64,000 nucleotides of DNA from Fimbriosthenelais zetlandica. Taxonomy: Eukaryota. The translations under genes were made by a program, and so were the position numbers. Under the pieces are notes generated by a model. It searched no databases and was not told the origin of the DNA. It saw nothing but the letters and a program-made list of their open reading frames with translations. This document shows positions 60,801-64,000 of the stretch, piece after piece. Numbering within the stretch: the stretch's first letter is position 1; every line of letters begins with the position of its first letter. The stretch lies in the NCBI GenBank assembly GCA_977030845.1, contig OZ365109.1, positions 53,010,001-53,074,000 of the forward strand, given 5' to 3'.

Positions 60801-63800
60801 CTCTCCGTTCTTGGGATTTAGCTGTTACATGAAGAATCTATACTGGTGACAGGACATGGCATCTATATTATCCCCTGACCAAAACCAGGTCAAGCCCTTG
60901 TGATCTATACCACGTAAATACATGTCTCCACTCATCTATCTACTCCTCACTGTCTCTATCCCTCAGCTGCTTACCAATACCTCCAATCACCCCCTAAACC
61001 CTCCCCGTACTCAACCATATTCCCATACCCGCCTGTCCTCTGCTTATATTCTCACCCGAGTCCCTGACCACCACATCCATTTTGCATCCATTTAAGGATT
61101 CCCCTTTGAGCTTTAATTCTCTGACATCTATCGGTGGGATCTACTGGCCTGCTCCTGGAATTGACTCAGGAGTTGTGTCCAACTGGATGTTCCCTCCACT
61201 TTGCCAGAAGATTGGAAGCTTGGCTATATGCCCTCAGTGTAGGACACATCATTGTAAGTGTCTACAATCTCGCTCATAACTTTGTCAAAAACCTTATATA
61301 CAAAATGATATATAAATGATGTTTTATTTCGTTTTTCCATCATATTTCTTGGAAATTGATTTGCTTCGATATTTTATACTGGCTTTTCCGAAACGTGCCT
61401 AAATCATTGATGAAACTGTCTCGCTGATATATCACTCAATTCAGGATCGGGACGCCGGAGGAGCTCCCAGCGCGTTACTCCTGCCCCCTACCAGGCCCCA
61501 GTGTCAACTCTAGGGCTTTCGCCACCACCTGTGTGGCTGTATCCTTCCCTATCAGCCCCCTGCCCCCACCCCATACCGGACCTACTAACGTAATAACCAT
61601 TAGGTGGAAAGCAATTAATTAGCAGAACATCCGGTCGGTGTCGCCTGTAACTGATTGCCGTCACGGGGGGAGCTGACTTTGGTGTCAGATTTAGAAAAAA
61701 TGTAATAGTTTTCAATTTCCTCATCAACGGACCTAGGGGAAGAGGAGACCTATATATGAAAATTGAGCCAGTGATACCTACATCTCTTCAGAGGAAAGTT
61801 TTTCTCACAGCCGTGGACCGAGATTAGAATAAATCAGTTCCCGGTGTGTGCTGTCTCCCATATTATACCTCTCAGTATTACATAGTGTCTTCATCAAACA
61901 TAAGTACAGTCTGTAAAATTTGCATGTAGGTGGACTGGATCGACCAATTTTCTGCTGGAGAGATGGCCGCACTATAGGGGACAAGGCATGGAGGCTTGGC
62001 CAATTGAAGTGCAAGGGACAAGACACAATAATTATGTTGTGGAAACTGGACCAATCTGTAGGGGACAAGACCCAGTCTGATGGGAAACTGGGCAAAACAG
62101 CAGGGGACAAGCCTCTTGATGCTGCCCCCTGATATGTCTCTGAAATCACCAATTTATAGCCTCTATGGAACTGTTTTGTCTCTGTAATTATAGTTAACCT
62201 CATGCAAGTCATATCCATTCATATATGGTAGCCCTATAACTGATTTTGATTAATCGTGGAAACGTTAGTGTCCTATGAAAAATGATATTTACAGTCAATT
62301 ACCTTGACACTAGCGACGTTTCGCGGTGACCTTGCAGTTCTGCCCGCAGCCAAAAAAAACATGCATGCATTTCAGTCGCCACAGATGCAAATGAATCCTG
62401 GGTAGAGCTGGATAGGAAGTAAGTTTTGGAAATGGATAATTTTGAGGCGAGCCCTGAGAGAGTCAAGAGAATGGATGTTATGATGATGAAACCCCCATGG
62501 AATGTTGCATAGGGCTGTAGCATGACAAGAGCCTATTGTAGCAGATGGACACCTTGCTTATCCATTAGCACCAGCACGCTATGTTCCATATAGCCAGGCA
62601 GCAAAACCCTCATTTACCCCACTCCTGAGAGGGTCCAGAGCTCAGGGCTGGGGTGGAGTGGTGCGAGTGATAACACAACATGAAGCTTTTACCTTGAGTT
62701 AGGGCAGAAATATAGCTCGGGTTCAGAATTAATGAATAGGGCAGCCAAAGGAGTATAGGGATCTTCTGTTGAGAAGGTATCTTACGGTCATTTGTTACCG
62801 ATTTTGCTGCTAACTCCTTTTGTGATTCAAATGTAGCCTACTTGCTTAATCAAATAATGTAGTATATTGTTAGTCAGCAACAAGTATTCATTGGCTGGAG
62901 TAGGAATTTTAGTGTTAAGTATTAGATGAAGGTCTCCAGGTCTTGTTCCCTGCAGATTGAGTCCAGTCGCCTGCAGATTGAGACCAAAGCCCCTCAGATA
63001 GACTGTTGATGGATAGAGAGCCTCTGGAGACCAAATCGTTGGGTGTGACACACCATCTTGACCGGTTTCTACTGCCATGTTTTGGTGTCGACTCTCACAG
63101 TGTTTCTGTTAGGTGAAAAGTAATTAATCTGTTCCAACACCGTGTCAGAGACACCTTTATTGTGTATAATACTCTTGATGTTAAACTTGTGCAGCGAACC
63201 TGATATAAAACTTTAATTACTCGAGATCTTCTGATAGGATACCTGTCTACCTGTCTGTATTGAGTCACTCCACTGGAGTTGATATCCCTAAAACATTCCT
63301 CCAAGAAAATGGGGACCTTGAGCCACTCGTGGTTGATGTGATAGAGTGGATGGAATAGAATGCAGCAAGTGCCGTATCTGCAATAGAATAGACAGCAGGG
63401 CTAGCCATAACAAAAGTCGCATTCGAAGTCGTCTTCGTTATGACTGACACCTGACAATCTGTAAATCTGCAGATATACTTATTTCGTGATAGCTAAACGT
63501 TTATGTCTTGAGGGAAGACACCGGGCAGACGAAAAAATTAGCACAAACTTGAGAAAAGGACGCGCTGTCGCCTGTAGCCCATGAATATTAAAATGGCTAG
63601 GGCATGCTAATTCAACATGGCTGCTTGTCAGTAAATAGAGCAAGGAGAATGGGCTGCAATGCGAATGTCTGTATTTCCAGAGCTGTAACGATTGCAGGCC
63701 TCCAGACTTGTAGGAAAAATGCCCGAAAAAAACATTGCACTTTGCTTAATTATTCCTTCCACACATTATGGATTAAGTTAACTTTCCAACAGCGCGAATA

Positions 63801-64000
63801 TAATGATTTGACTACTGCTGTCATGCGAGAGGAAGCTTTTAAATATTTGCACATGATAAGCAATCACATTAAGTTGGAATCAATGTATTGTATTGTCCTT
63901 AATTGTGAAAGTCTATAGTGGTTGTCAGATTTTCACTTGATTGAAGATTGAACATACAAGACCAAAAATTGAAAAGTTTTGTGTAGAAAATGTAAAACTT

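Overview
AT-rich, intron-containing animal genomic DNA with one 173-N scaffold gap, most likely from a lophotrochozoan (mollusc, annelid or brachiopod type), inferred from the CYP10 match. Two protein-coding genes are well supported, both on the minus strand. The first is a complete 11-exon, 529-aa mitochondrial-clan cytochrome P450 of the CYP10 family (CDS 56528 to 41226), reconstructed by hand with every GT-AG junction in phase. The second is an intronless 353-aa FkbM-family SAM-dependent methyltransferase with an N-terminal signal-anchor and four predicted luminal N-glycosylation sequons (23667 to 22606). Much of the remainder is transposon-derived, and several elements can be delimited to the base by TIR plus TSD: a 5.2-kb hAT-like element (8-bp TSD); a 275-bp CAC...GTG element with a 5-bp TSD and asymmetric bipartite, RSS-like ends (Transib/RAG-like); and a 3.4-kb long-TIR Sola2-like element (4-bp TSD) carrying a nested TTAA Kolobok-like MITE, itself flanked by an older diverged inverted repeat pair. 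There is also a near-perfect 1916-bp tandem duplication just downstream of the methyltransferase. No rRNA, tRNA or CRISPR features were supportable. Family assignments rest on remembered motifs, not database searches.
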